From sequence record MW057919.1: a stretch of 64,000 nucleotides of DNA; one strand, written 5' to 3'. The notes beneath the pieces were generated by a model that saw only the letters and a program-made list of their open reading frames with translations, was not told the origin of the DNA and did not search any database. Of the stretch, positions 50,023-61,000 are shown piece by piece; within the stretch, counting starts at the first letter, position 1; the number at the start of each line of letters is the position of its first letter. Both the position numbers and the translations under genes were made by a program.

Positions 50023-50538
50023 TCAATCGTTTTCTAATTCTTTTTCTCGTGCAGCATCCATCCGCTCCATAAATGCATTGGATTCCTCCATGATGATACC
50101 GATTTCAGTTTCACCTTCTTCAATAGTGTAATTCTCAAATTCCTCATCAGGAATATCTGGAATCTCACGTGGTGTTGCAGGGACATCATTCGGATCACGT
50201 ATTAATGGATTACGGTTCATTTGCATCTTAACGAATTCAGCAAAGCCTTCAGCAAGTTCACGGTTAGAGCGTGCACCCTCAGAATCAACTTGAATACGAC
50301 GGTTAGCAATTGTTGTCTTATCCATTGAATCTGTTAATTTAAGAATCATATCAACTGATTCTTTATCAGTAGGTACTTTACCAGTTGTATTTTCTAATAC
50401 AGCTTTTAGTACTTTCTCTTTAACTGATTGTGTATACCGTATCTGCTGCTCATATTCTAGATCAGCATATACCTTTTCTTCTGTAGTTGATGATTTCTTT
50501 TCTAAAGGCTCATCAGATAAATCTGCACCATGGAACAT
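50023..50538 (-). CDS. Conserved hypothetical protein, helical and acidic
   Basis: 171 aa, GAGGA RBS. Confidence 0.75.
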   Translation of the reverse strand: MFHGADLSDEPLEKKSSTTEEKVYADLEYEQQIRYTQSVKEKVLKAVLENTTGKVPTDKESVDMILKLTDSMDKTTIANRRIQVDSEGARSNRELAEGFAEFVKMQMNRNPLIRDPNDVPATPREIPDIPDEEFENYTIEEGETEIGIIMEESNAFMERMDAAREKELEND

Positions 50539-50574
50539 TTTATTATCCTCTAATTAGTAATAGTAATACCTAAC

Positions 50575-50596
50575 ATACTTACCATATGCTAAGTAT
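50575..50596. promoter_or_regulatory. Candidate bidirectional late promoter
   Basis: ATACTTA-CCATATGC-TAAGTAT: CATATG gives TATG on both strands between divergent genes. Confidence 0.45.
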
Positions 50597-50617
50597 CTGA
50601 AAAATAGGTCCTATATC

Positions 50618-51142
50618 ATGTTTAAGAAACTTATTCAATATTTCCGGGGCTTCCAAAAGGAAGTTGGTAAAGAACAACTTCTAACTGAATTAGAACGGAT
50701 AGATAAAGATATTATTTCAGGTGAAGAACGATTAAAAGCTATTAATAATTTCTGGCAATTAATTAATCTGGATGAATTAAAAACTCTGACCATCAGGAAG
50801 ATGATAGGTGTTCCTGTCTATCTAAGACATTACAGTATTGGTTATTTATTAGATGCTCTAACTAGGTTAAATGATCATATTGCAAATGAAGATGATCTAA
50901 AGATTAGTGAAATGTGTCGTACTGAGTTTATCGACAGGAAATCAATTGACCTTGATGAATATTTTATAAACAGTAATGATAGTTTTATTGATGTATGTAA
51001 ATCTATTGAAACTATGCGTGACTTAATTTGGCAACAAACTGAATATCTTGAACAGATTAACCATCAAGCATATCAGCGCCAGATGGATAGAATGTACTAT
51101 GATATTATTGAACTATCAAGAGCAATTATTAAGTTACTATGA
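50618..51142 (+). CDS. Hypothetical helical protein
   Basis: 174 aa, AGGT RBS. Confidence 0.7.
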   Translation: MFKKLIQYFRGFQKEVGKEQLLTELERIDKDIISGEERLKAINNFWQLINLDELKTLTIRKMIGVPVYLRHYSIGYLLDALTRLNDHIANEDDLKISEMCRTEFIDRKSIDLDEYFINSNDSFIDVCKSIETMRDLIWQQTEYLEQINHQAYQRQMDRMYYDIIELSRAIIKLL

Positions 51143-51212
51143 GGTGCAGACTATACAAGTATAAATTAATATAAAGTGTGTTTATTATCAATTCACCGTA
51201 GGTGTAAAAAAG

Positions 51213-51974
51213 ATGGAATCTGTAAAAGACTTATTAAGCGATCCTCAAAAAGGATTAAGGCAGGCAGAAGGGGTTTTGTGTTATGTTTTCCGGGAAGTAC
51301 TACTGTGGCGTAATATGACACAGTTTGCTTGGGATAAACGTTTGAATGCATACTTTCAAAAACCACATAACAAGAATAACCCAGATAAAGGTAATCTTAA
51401 TAAAGCACTTAAAGCCGATACAATGAGTTGGGATGGCTTTAAGAAAGCTATTGATTTCTTATCACCTGTTAAAGCAACATTAGAGGTACGTCTGATTTGG
51501 GGTACATCAAAACCTGATTCAGTTTATACGATCAATATCGATCCAACTGAAGATGAGGTAACTTGCTCTGCAAATGATTTCCCCTATGAAGAATGTGAAA
51601 TTTTTAAGAATCAAAAACCAGCTACAACTACAATGGCCCATCTGTATAGGCATATTCTCTGGAAAGAAGGAATTAACCAGGAGAAGTGGGATAAGCTATG
51701 GGAAGAGTTTTTAAATAATCCAGTCAACCTTGTAGGATTGGATAAAAAGAAACTTACCTCATTGGCTAATACACAAAGGCGTGGTTTACTATCGCCCAAT
51801 ATGTCTTGGAATACATTAAGACGTGGATTCCTACTACTACGGCCTAAAGAGGAGAGATACACTCTTTCTCTACAATGGACTGATGATCCTAATCTTCGAG
51901 ATAAACTAGAGGACAGTGTGCATATTGTTCCTGTACCTGATCCTCATTGGGTGGAGCCTAATTCAAATGAATAA
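51213..51974 (+). CDS. Conserved protein with an internal tandem domain duplication (gp171-like)
   Basis: 253 aa; two similar units, each containing MSW and ending L.W. Confidence 0.75.
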   Translation: MESVKDLLSDPQKGLRQAEGVLCYVFREVLLWRNMTQFAWDKRLNAYFQKPHNKNNPDKGNLNKALKADTMSWDGFKKAIDFLSPVKATLEVRLIWGTSKPDSVYTINIDPTEDEVTCSANDFPYEECEIFKNQKPATTTMAHLYRHILWKEGINQEKWDKLWEEFLNNPVNLVGLDKKKLTSLANTQRRGLLSPNMSWNTLRRGFLLLRPKEERYTLSLQWTDDPNLRDKLEDSVHIVPVPDPHWVEPNSNE

Positions 51975-52407
51975 TCCAGAAACCCCATGGGTACAAAATA
52001 ATTATCCTGTAGATAGCATCATTGTAGATCAGAGCGGTAATACACCGCTCCCTGATCTATTTCAGTTTAATGGAAAAGAGAAGAAGACCACACTTGATAA
52101 TGAGAATTTCTTTTCATTCAAAGGTCTTCGGATGTATCTCATCACTGGTAAAAAAGAAAAGGCTTTTCTTCAACCAGAGGTTAATTCCCATTATAAATTA
52201 GACTATGGTTTAAAGTATCAATACGTAGATGGACTTACCAATATCCTTCGTGATACCCTATTATTAAATCTTAATAGTCGACCATTCGTTTTATTTAAAG
52301 CAAAAAGTTTTGGTCCATTAGTTTTATCAGGAGCAAACCTAACCATTCAAGAAAAAGAATGGTTTGAAATTGTTTGTGATGTTATTAAATCAATCAAACA
52401 GAGATAA
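51967..52407 (+). CDS. Hypothetical protein
   Basis: ATG 51967 overlaps the upstream stop, GGAG RBS; 146 aa. Confidence 0.65.
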   Translation: MNNPETPWVQNNYPVDSIIVDQSGNTPLPDLFQFNGKEKKTTLDNENFFSFKGLRMYLITGKKEKAFLQPEVNSHYKLDYGLKYQYVDGLTNILRDTLLLNLNSRPFVLFKAKSFGPLVLSGANLTIQEKEWFEIVCDVIKSIKQR

Positions 52408-52411
52408 CTTA

Positions 52412-53338
52412 ATGCATACTGAACATAGCCTTAAAATCAGTAAAAAGATTAACTTCCTTGTGCAAGTAGAAGCACGTATTAATGAACTATATCAGCAAAG
52501 ACAAAATATGTCAATTGATCAATTCTCAAAAGAATTTTTCAATGAATCACCTGATGTAGTTAAACAAGCTATCACTGAGCTATATACAACATATCCATTC
52601 CAAGATGAAACTAATCCAAAACGGCAAAACCTTCGTTTAGCTATATTTATCCACGATAATGATGTTAGTTGGATTAGTTCAATTCTAGGCGTAGATGAAT
52701 TTAATAATGTTTTAAGGCACGCAGATATTTTTTATAATTATGTTAGTAGTTGCGAGACTGTTGTTCAGCGTAATTATTATGCGTCTTTACCAGATTACCG
52801 TGGCTACATGTATGCTATCTATGAAGAGGCATTCAACCGCGTTGCCCCACTAGTCAATAAGTATTTAGATATTGATGCACATGACAGTGTTTCATTTTTA
52901 GAAACACCCCATGTTCTACCAAAAAAGAGTGTATCTATTAAAGATATTATTGATCCATTTGGTCCATATAAACCTAATTACTGTATTAGTGATATTTATA
53001 GTGCACAAGCTACACAAGTAACAGAAAATACATATATCGCAGTTAATACATTTATCCGCACTGAGGTATATGAAAGACTATGTGCTGAAGGCGATACTGT
53101 AGATAAGATTGTTATTTCAGATAAACAAAGTATTATTAATGATGAGGATTATATTAAACTAGTCCAAGATAAGATTAATGCATTCCATAAAGAAATGGTA
53201 GATAATGATTTTATACTTTATGCGCCGTTTAATATGTCCAGGTTAATTTATGTAATGAAGGCTAAATATCCGATTAAAGTTACTATTAGTTGTAAGGGAT
53301 TCAAGCATATTGGAAAATTTATTGCTTATAAAAAATAG
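52412..53338 (+). CDS. Hypothetical protein
   Basis: ATG 52412, 4 nt after the upstream stop; 308 aa. Confidence 0.65.
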   Translation: MHTEHSLKISKKINFLVQVEARINELYQQRQNMSIDQFSKEFFNESPDVVKQAITELYTTYPFQDETNPKRQNLRLAIFIHDNDVSWISSILGVDEFNNVLRHADIFYNYVSSCETVVQRNYYASLPDYRGYMYAIYEEAFNRVAPLVNKYLDIDAHDSVSFLETPHVLPKKSVSIKDIIDPFGPYKPNYCISDIYSAQATQVTENTYIAVNTFIRTEVYERLCAEGDTVDKIVISDKQSIINDEDYIKLVQDKINAFHKEMVDNDFILYAPFNMSRLIYVMKAKYPIKVTISCKGFKHIGKFIAYKK

Positions 53339-53349
53339 TAGTTTTTAAT

Positions 53350-54486
<1,137 letters not shown>

Positions 54487-54494
54487 CAGCATAA

Positions 54495-54515
54495 GCCCTC
54501 CCATTACGGGAGGGC
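54495..54515. terminator. Bidirectional terminator, repeated family
   Basis: CAGCATAA-GCCCTCCC-ATTAC-GGGAGGGC-ATTATGTC plus a poly-T tract. Confidence 0.9.
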
Positions 54516-54536
54516 ATTATGTCTTTTTTTTTATTT

Positions 54537-55349
54537 TTAACGCATGAAGCCAGGGCGCCTATGTTTAACTGGTGAAATATCCCAGCCAAGACTTTTCGCT
54601 AGATCTGTCACATTGGTGATATCAGAACATTCAAAACCCATGTTAATTTGACGTTCACGTTCACGCTGTACCTGATATAGAGTATCAGGCGTGATAACCA
54701 TTAATTGATCTTCATAGTTCTCTAATGCAGGGGAATTCCATTTATTAGCACCGTAAATACCACCTTCCCCAACCATATCCCAAGTTGAAATCTCACGGGT
54801 ATATTTGATACCGCGCATAGGATCATCTTGAGTTATTGACCTTACCGAGCAATAAGTATTCTGAGAAGGATTGGTAATAGATGCTTCGAAGTACTTACCA
54901 AAAGGACCGTATGGTTTGCATTTGCCAAGTACTAGTTTAATAGGAAGACCTTTCTCATCTGTAGAATCAACCAGAATAAGTTCCTTAATATGTGCACACA
55001 CACGATCATCATCGATTTGACGAATTCGCATTAGGTACTCATGTTCATTCATCCGTGTGCCATCTTTACGATAGGGTTCAGGGTGTTTGTATTCCATGAA
55101 TAGAACACCCTTTTTAACACGGCGCATTAAAGGTGAGTCTGGATTAAACATAGATACGCCGGATGCCATTTCATAGAACATACCAGCTGAATTTCGGGTA
55201 CCATAAGCTCCTAGTGGAGTTAGATAGTAACCATCCGCATCAGGTACTAATACACCTTTTTTATTAGTACCGGCTAACATATCACTGCCGATAACTATTT
55301 GGTTATTAGTACGCTGTTGCAAACCAGAAAAATTAGAATATGGTTGCAT
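54537..55349 (-). CDS. gp175: Prohead (maturation) protease
   Basis: 270 aa; YKHP, CSVRS and TWDMV..G His/Ser/Asp motifs of T4 gp21-like proteases; AAGGAG RBS. Confidence 0.88.
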   Translation of the reverse strand: MQPYSNFSGLQQRTNNQIVIGSDMLAGTNKKGVLVPDADGYYLTPLGAYGTRNSAGMFYEMASGVSMFNPDSPLMRRVKKGVLFMEYKHPEPYRKDGTRMNEHEYLMRIRQIDDDRVCAHIKELILVDSTDEKGLPIKLVLGKCKPYGPFGKYFEASITNPSQNTYCSVRSITQDDPMRGIKYTREISTWDMVGEGGIYGANKWNSPALENYEDQLMVITPDTLYQVQRERERQINMGFECSDITNVTDLAKSLGWDISPVKHRRPGFMR

Positions 55350-55360
55350 AACGCAACTCC

Positions 55361-56083
55361 TTAGGTCCTGAGGAGTTCTTCAATAAGCTCTACTGACTCA
55401 GATGGGTTAACAAGTGCTGATGTGATACCTTGATCAAAATAAGCCCCATTGAGTTTTGATGTTGTGTCTGAAGTATTCCAGATAACTGAACGGAATGGTA
55501 CGTCGACTGGTGGATTATCCACGATATCACTGTGTCTAGTTAACACATGTCGATATAGTTGTGATATATCATCCGAGGCACGCTGAGTGGTTGAAATAAT
55601 AAGTTGTAATGTAGGCCATCCACCAAGGTTAACACCAGCGTGTAAATTAGCTGTCTCAAATAATTTGGCTTTGTCATAATAGTTAATATACCAAGGGAAG
55701 TTTCCTTTGTTAATTAACTCATCATAGACATAGTAAGTTAATGTATCATTAACAACTAAGTAAGTATTCTGGAAAATCTTACTACCTTTATCAAAATGAA
55801 ATTCTAGATAAACTTCACCATTGATGTGGACGCGTTCAGTAGAGATTGGATTTATCCGCATCATTGCAATGGTATTATTTACTGCGTAATATTCATCATT
55901 AAAAATAATAGGAAATATACCAATAGTGAATACTTCACTACCAATAACAGCTAGATGTCTTCCTGTAAATCTTTCTGGAATCTGTATTTTACATGGGGCA
56001 TTAGTTACTACTGAATTATCTTCTAAATCAGTTAGATGACTGTGGACCCGTTCTGGATCCCGTCGAAGAGAACGTACGTCCAT
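55361..56083 (-). CDS. gp176-like virion protein, probably a vRNAP beta-prime C-terminal fragment
   Basis: About 240 aa between the protease and the vRNAP genes; C-terminal DQGITSALVNP..SVELIEELL resembles the beta-prime tail; function recalled from the SPN3US counterpart. Confidence 0.55.
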   Translation of the reverse strand: MDVRSLRRDPERVHSHLTDLEDNSVVTNAPCKIQIPERFTGRHLAVIGSEVFTIGIFPIIFNDEYYAVNNTIAMMRINPISTERVHINGEVYLEFHFDKGSKIFQNTYLVVNDTLTYYVYDELINKGNFPWYINYYDKAKLFETANLHAGVNLGGWPTLQLIISTTQRASDDISQLYRHVLTRHSDIVDNPPVDVPFRSVIWNTSDTTSKLNGAYFDQGITSALVNPSESVELIEELLRT

Positions 56084-56162
56084 TATCATGTCCTAATTGT
56101 TCATTTATGTAAAGATTAAAATACTTAATCAAAATCATGCACCTTTAAATATTCGCTGTATT

Positions 56163-56190
56163 ACTCCGGTATCCTTCCAAATACCGGAGT
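56163..56190 (-). terminator. Hairpin after gp177
   Basis: ACTCCGGTAT-CCTTCCAA-ATACCGGAGT. Confidence 0.7.
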
Positions 56191-56236
56191 TTATCATCGA
56201 TTGCATGTTTTAATGATTATTAACCATTAAGATAAT

Positions 56237-57796
56237 TTAATTAGAAACTTCTTCTTCGATTTCAACATTATCTAAAGTTTCAGTGCTATCATCTTCTACA
56301 GTTTCAATAACTTCTTTTACTGGTAGTTTTGCATAAGGATCAACAACACCAGTGAACCGCTCAACTTTAATCTGTTGAGACAGCCATGCTGCCATTAGTG
56401 AAATTAGTGATTGTGTATTGAGTTCACGTAGAGTGGCCTCAGGATACATTTGACTAAATTCATCAACTGCTAGCAGATATTGCCAGTAAACATTTTCTGT
56501 AAAGAATGTTTTACAGATAAGTTTACCAAAGGTGATATAAGGATTCTTAAGATCTTCAGTCGTCATCGTACTCATTGCTTCTTTAATACGATATTCGAGT
56601 TCATTAACATGGCGATCTTTAAGTTCAGTATTAATGACACCATCCATAAATGATTCATGAATGTCATTGCGTAGTTTACGTAAACCTTTATCCATAGCCG
56701 ATTGTTTAATCAGCGGATATACTGATAGCCAACGTTGAATAAACTGTTCTGAGTTATTAAGAATCTGTTCTAGGTAAATGTTATTACTACCTGCTACAGC
56801 TGCACCAAGGATAGCTTGGATGTCACCACCGGCTAATTCAAATTGAGGTGCAACATCACCATTAATGATTACTTTGCAACGAGAATTAGCAACTACATTA
56901 TTAGCTTCTGAGGCTAGGATGAGTAGACCTGCATCACGATCAGCTTGACGACGTTCATAAGCACGCTTGAGATAGAATCCAAACATCTCATGTAGTTTAC
57001 GAATAGTTAGTGACCATGTTTCTAGGTCAACATCACTCTCGCCAATAACTTCAACCGGGTTATCGATGTAGTGACCGCAAATCATGTAAGCCAGAGCTAG
57101 TGAATCAACAGTGAATGGGAAGGACCTACCCACAACATATTCAAGTTCACCTGGAATGAGAAGACGACCATCATTGAAGATAGAATTCCACACACCTTCA
57201 ATAACAGCGGCACTATTAGGAATAGATAGTAGCCATTCTTCAACTTCAGTTTGATCTAGATGCGGATTACCCATTGACACTAACCGAATAATTTCATTAG
57301 CATCAATTGATTCTAGAATAAAGGTACGATACTCAGGTAGCGGCTGTAAATTATTGTATCGTGTACTAACGTGTGCAGTTAAGCGGGGATCACTATGAAC
57401 TGCATTATAGTGGTAGAATGTAGCGCTTACATCTGGTTGACAACTAATGCTTTGACGCTCATTAAAAACACGTACCATATATTCAATTGCAGGGCAAATA
57501 ACATTCTGCGTATTGAATTGGATCTTTTGTAATGATGAGCAGACATGTGCAATCAGAGCTTCTTGCTCTTCTTCTACACTAACAGGTTGCTCTTGGTTAG
57601 CTTCCTCGAAGAACTCTTCTACAGATGCTTCCAGCTCTTCAGAGAGGGCAACTTTATTAGAGTTGCCATCTACACTGAAACCATCTGCAAAGACCGCAAG
57701 GGGATATGTTTCATTAGGGATAACTAGAACAAGGTTATCCTCAGTTAGACTACGTGCTGAGCCAACAATCGCAGCTTGGGTTTCTTTACAGAACAT
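56237..57796 (-). CDS. Head/virion protein (gp177-like)
   Basis: 519 aa, AAGGAG RBS; acidic segments near both termini. Confidence 0.7.
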   Translation of the reverse strand: MFCKETQAAIVGSARSLTEDNLVLVIPNETYPLAVFADGFSVDGNSNKVALSEELEASVEEFFEEANQEQPVSVEEEQEALIAHVCSSLQKIQFNTQNVICPAIEYMVRVFNERQSISCQPDVSATFYHYNAVHSDPRLTAHVSTRYNNLQPLPEYRTFILESIDANEIIRLVSMGNPHLDQTEVEEWLLSIPNSAAVIEGVWNSIFNDGRLLIPGELEYVVGRSFPFTVDSLALAYMICGHYIDNPVEVIGESDVDLETWSLTIRKLHEMFGFYLKRAYERRQADRDAGLLILASEANNVVANSRCKVIINGDVAPQFELAGGDIQAILGAAVAGSNNIYLEQILNNSEQFIQRWLSVYPLIKQSAMDKGLRKLRNDIHESFMDGVINTELKDRHVNELEYRIKEAMSTMTTEDLKNPYITFGKLICKTFFTENVYWQYLLAVDEFSQMYPEATLRELNTQSLISLMAAWLSQQIKVERFTGVVDPYAKLPVKEVIETVEDDSTETLDNVEIEEEVSN

Positions 57797-57807
57797 TTTA
57801 ACACTCC

Positions 57808-58005
57808 TTAGATATTGAGGTTCTTCATTAAGCGAGCGTTTAAAGCTGCTGCAATATCAGCCTCAGTTAAAAACTCCCCATTCAGAGATGGGGAGCTGGT
57901 GGTGCCACCAAGCGATTGTAGAATTGCTTGAGTACCTAGTTTAACAGCAGCATGAAGAACAGCAATGTTCTGACCATGTGCTACATTATTACTTAGCTTT
58001 TGCAT
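57808..58005 (-). CDS. Small 65-aa protein overlapping the end of vRNAP beta
   Basis: GAGGA RBS inside the gp178 3-prime end; 17-nt overlap; followed by the gp177 RBS. Confidence 0.7.
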   Translation of the reverse strand: MQKLSNNVAHGQNIAVLHAAVKLGTQAILQSLGGTTSSPSLNGEFLTEADIAAALNARLMKNLNI

Positions 58006-61000
58006 TAGTGTTTCCTCTATATACAGCTACAAGATGTTTTCCAGCTGCCCACAAGATACCAGTTGTTGTAGCAATGATTTTAGGAGATAGAACCATTCGT
58101 TCTTCTACCGATGTATTACCGAATAGTAGATCAATATTACGGCCATCTTCAGTTTCATTACGTCCAGTCATTACACGGGAGAATACCGTTTTCATCTGGT
58201 TAGCTACTACGCCTTTATCTCCAACACCACATGGGATATCATGATCGATATACACTCGAATAATCATGTGGTCATATTCTAAGGCTCGTCCTTTCACTCG
58301 ATAGTTAGCATCTACTTGTCCAGTGAAAGTAGGTTCTTTCAATGATTTAGCTCGTTCAGCGCGTTGTTTATCTGACGTATTAGCTAATGCTTGTAAACTT
58401 GGTGTCATATCGTCTATTTCACCATGATAGAAGCATTCAATCTTTGATACTGTACCTACGAGCTTAGCACGTGGCGAATATGCTGATAGTTTGCGTAATG
58501 TCTCAATAGATGCCTCGTCATATAGTGAGTGAGCAGCTGTTTCAGGATCTTCAATTATACATAGAATTGAATTTAAGTCGACATGATCCCCAACTTTCAC
58601 CATATCTCGAATAGTCTGATCAAACCTAACATCGATATTCTTGATTGCAGTTGTTTGAGTATTTAACCTTTTAGCTAGGTCTTCAGAAATAACTGAACCG
58701 TCTTCTAAAGTGTCAAGGTTATCATCAAATGCTACAACAGCCATACAACCGGCTTTCCATAATACTTGCCCAGGCGTATACCTATCTTCAGAGAAATAAC
58801 GTTTGTTATATGTGATAGTATCTCCACGTTTAAACTTATCACCTTTCTTTAATGAGGTAACAAGAATGTGTGGATAGTTAACACCAGCTGCTGTGCCATG
58901 AACTGTACCTAATTGATATCCAAATACATTACCATCGGCATATTTAACTTGGATACCATATTCATCAATAGCTACAACCTCACCATCTTGTTCTGCTGCT
59001 ACAGCAAAGATAGAACTAGTCCTTTGGGCTATGATTTGTTCATAGCCTGTACGAACTGGTGTAACTGTATACCCATCAGCATAAATACCTTGCTGCTGCT
59101 GAATTGAGATAAAGTTAATTCGCTTAGGGTCATCATGTTCGGTTGCAACACCAAGCAGTGCACTAGTTGAGAGTAGTCTAGCTGGCCCATCTGTCTTTGG
59201 ATCAAACATACGCGTAACACCACGCATGTTTACAAAGTTAGCATCAGGTACTAAGTAAGCAATAACACCAACGTCACCTGAGTCCACAGTTGATTCACTA
59301 ACCACACCAACATCCGCTTCACCGTAAATACGTGTACGTGCAACCATTGAAGTTGGACCGCGTCCACCATCTCCACGATAAGTCATCGCTTCTTGTTCAC
59401 GGATATTTGCAATGGGGTTAGAATCTTCAATAGTGGCTACTGTCGGATCTTGTACAATCTTGCGCCAGATCACGTGTGGATCTAACTCGACAGTTTGCAC
59501 TGACCCACCATTACGCATATTAAATACACGTACCGCTCTATTGAGTTCATTAAAAATAGCCCCTGCCATGCGCTCATAACCACGATAGCGCATATATGCA
59601 CCATCTACTTCTGCTGGACTCCAGTCGTTCGTTAATAACTCGACAGACCGATAAAGCAATCCTTCAAAAGTAGTTGGTTCACCCATCTCCTTGAGTAGAC
59701 CCTCAGTGATTGGATCGACCCATGCTGAGAAGAGTGTATCAATATCACGTGTAAATCTATTACTTAATCCAGCTTCTTCAAGAACCCTGAAGTAAACATC
59801 TCGTTTATTGAAATCATAAACAGAATAACGCCGCAGTGATTTATGATAACGTTTGAGTCCACTTAATACAAGCATTGCTTTATAATCAGCTCGATCAAAT
59901 ACTAGGATCTCATCAGCGAACGCTAATGTATAATCCGTACTATTGACAACAATCCTGGTACCACGCTGATGACGCTGATAATTAACATTCAACTTCTTAA
60001 GTAGATTGTTTAAGCCATGGTGATATGCTAAAATGAAACCTAATGGTAGCTCTTTACCACCAATTGACATTAGAATAGCTTCTAACGGCGCTTTGGTTAG
60101 ATCTAAGCCAAGTATATCTGTAATGGTACCAATAGGTTCTAGCTCATTACCTGTTTTCATGTAAAAGATGGAATTCTTATCTAACAAGATAGCATCAGTG
60201 CCATTGAACCCCACCATTATCAAATCATCAGTTTCATAATCTTCGATATGTAATCCTTGTTTTGCAAAGAATTCATTACGATCTTTGAAATTAAAATAGA
60301 ACACATTACGGTGATTATGGAAGCCTTTAAAAGCTGTTCCTAAAGTAGTGTACACCCTTGGTAGAACATAGTTGGATTGATCTAATTCAGCATAGGTAAC
60401 TGAATGTACAGACATATCACTTCCATCTAATGCACGGTTGGTAATCGCTCTGATTAACCAATTATCAAAGTTGTTTTCAGCACGTTCAGATCTGGTCACA
60501 AAGGTCTTATTATAATAAGAGGTCAATGCAACTTTACGTGGATTAACTTTACGAATTGGAATATCAGCACGTTGTAAACGTTGGCGATATGTTACCCCAT
60601 TAGACATGAACCTACCGTCATTATCAATGACAGGGATACGGAACATTACTTGTGAACTTCTACCACGAATAGGCTTTAATGTAACTTTGTGGATTTGGTA
60701 ATGGTTACCAGAATCGCGTACAGTTTCAATTTTGTAATTAGTTACTGATACGCCTTGTTTCTGAACAGATAACACACTGTTTAAAATATCTTTCTTTAAT
60801 AAGACCTTGTTGTATTTGCGTTGGATGGCTTTTAACTTACTACCCAACATTGATTTATCAACAATGGTTGGCTTATCTTCAAAAGTGGTGTCTTCTGGAA
60901 TCTTAAGATCATCTGGATGATATTCCATCGCCTCAGCGATCGTCATAGGTTCTACTGATTCATCATTAGGATCGGTAAATGGATCAGGTAGACGACGATA

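Noticed and set aside
50023-50538. Terminase small subunit assignment for the 171-aa ORF
   Set aside because: Only a vague helical resemblance and no diagnostic motif; needs a profile search.
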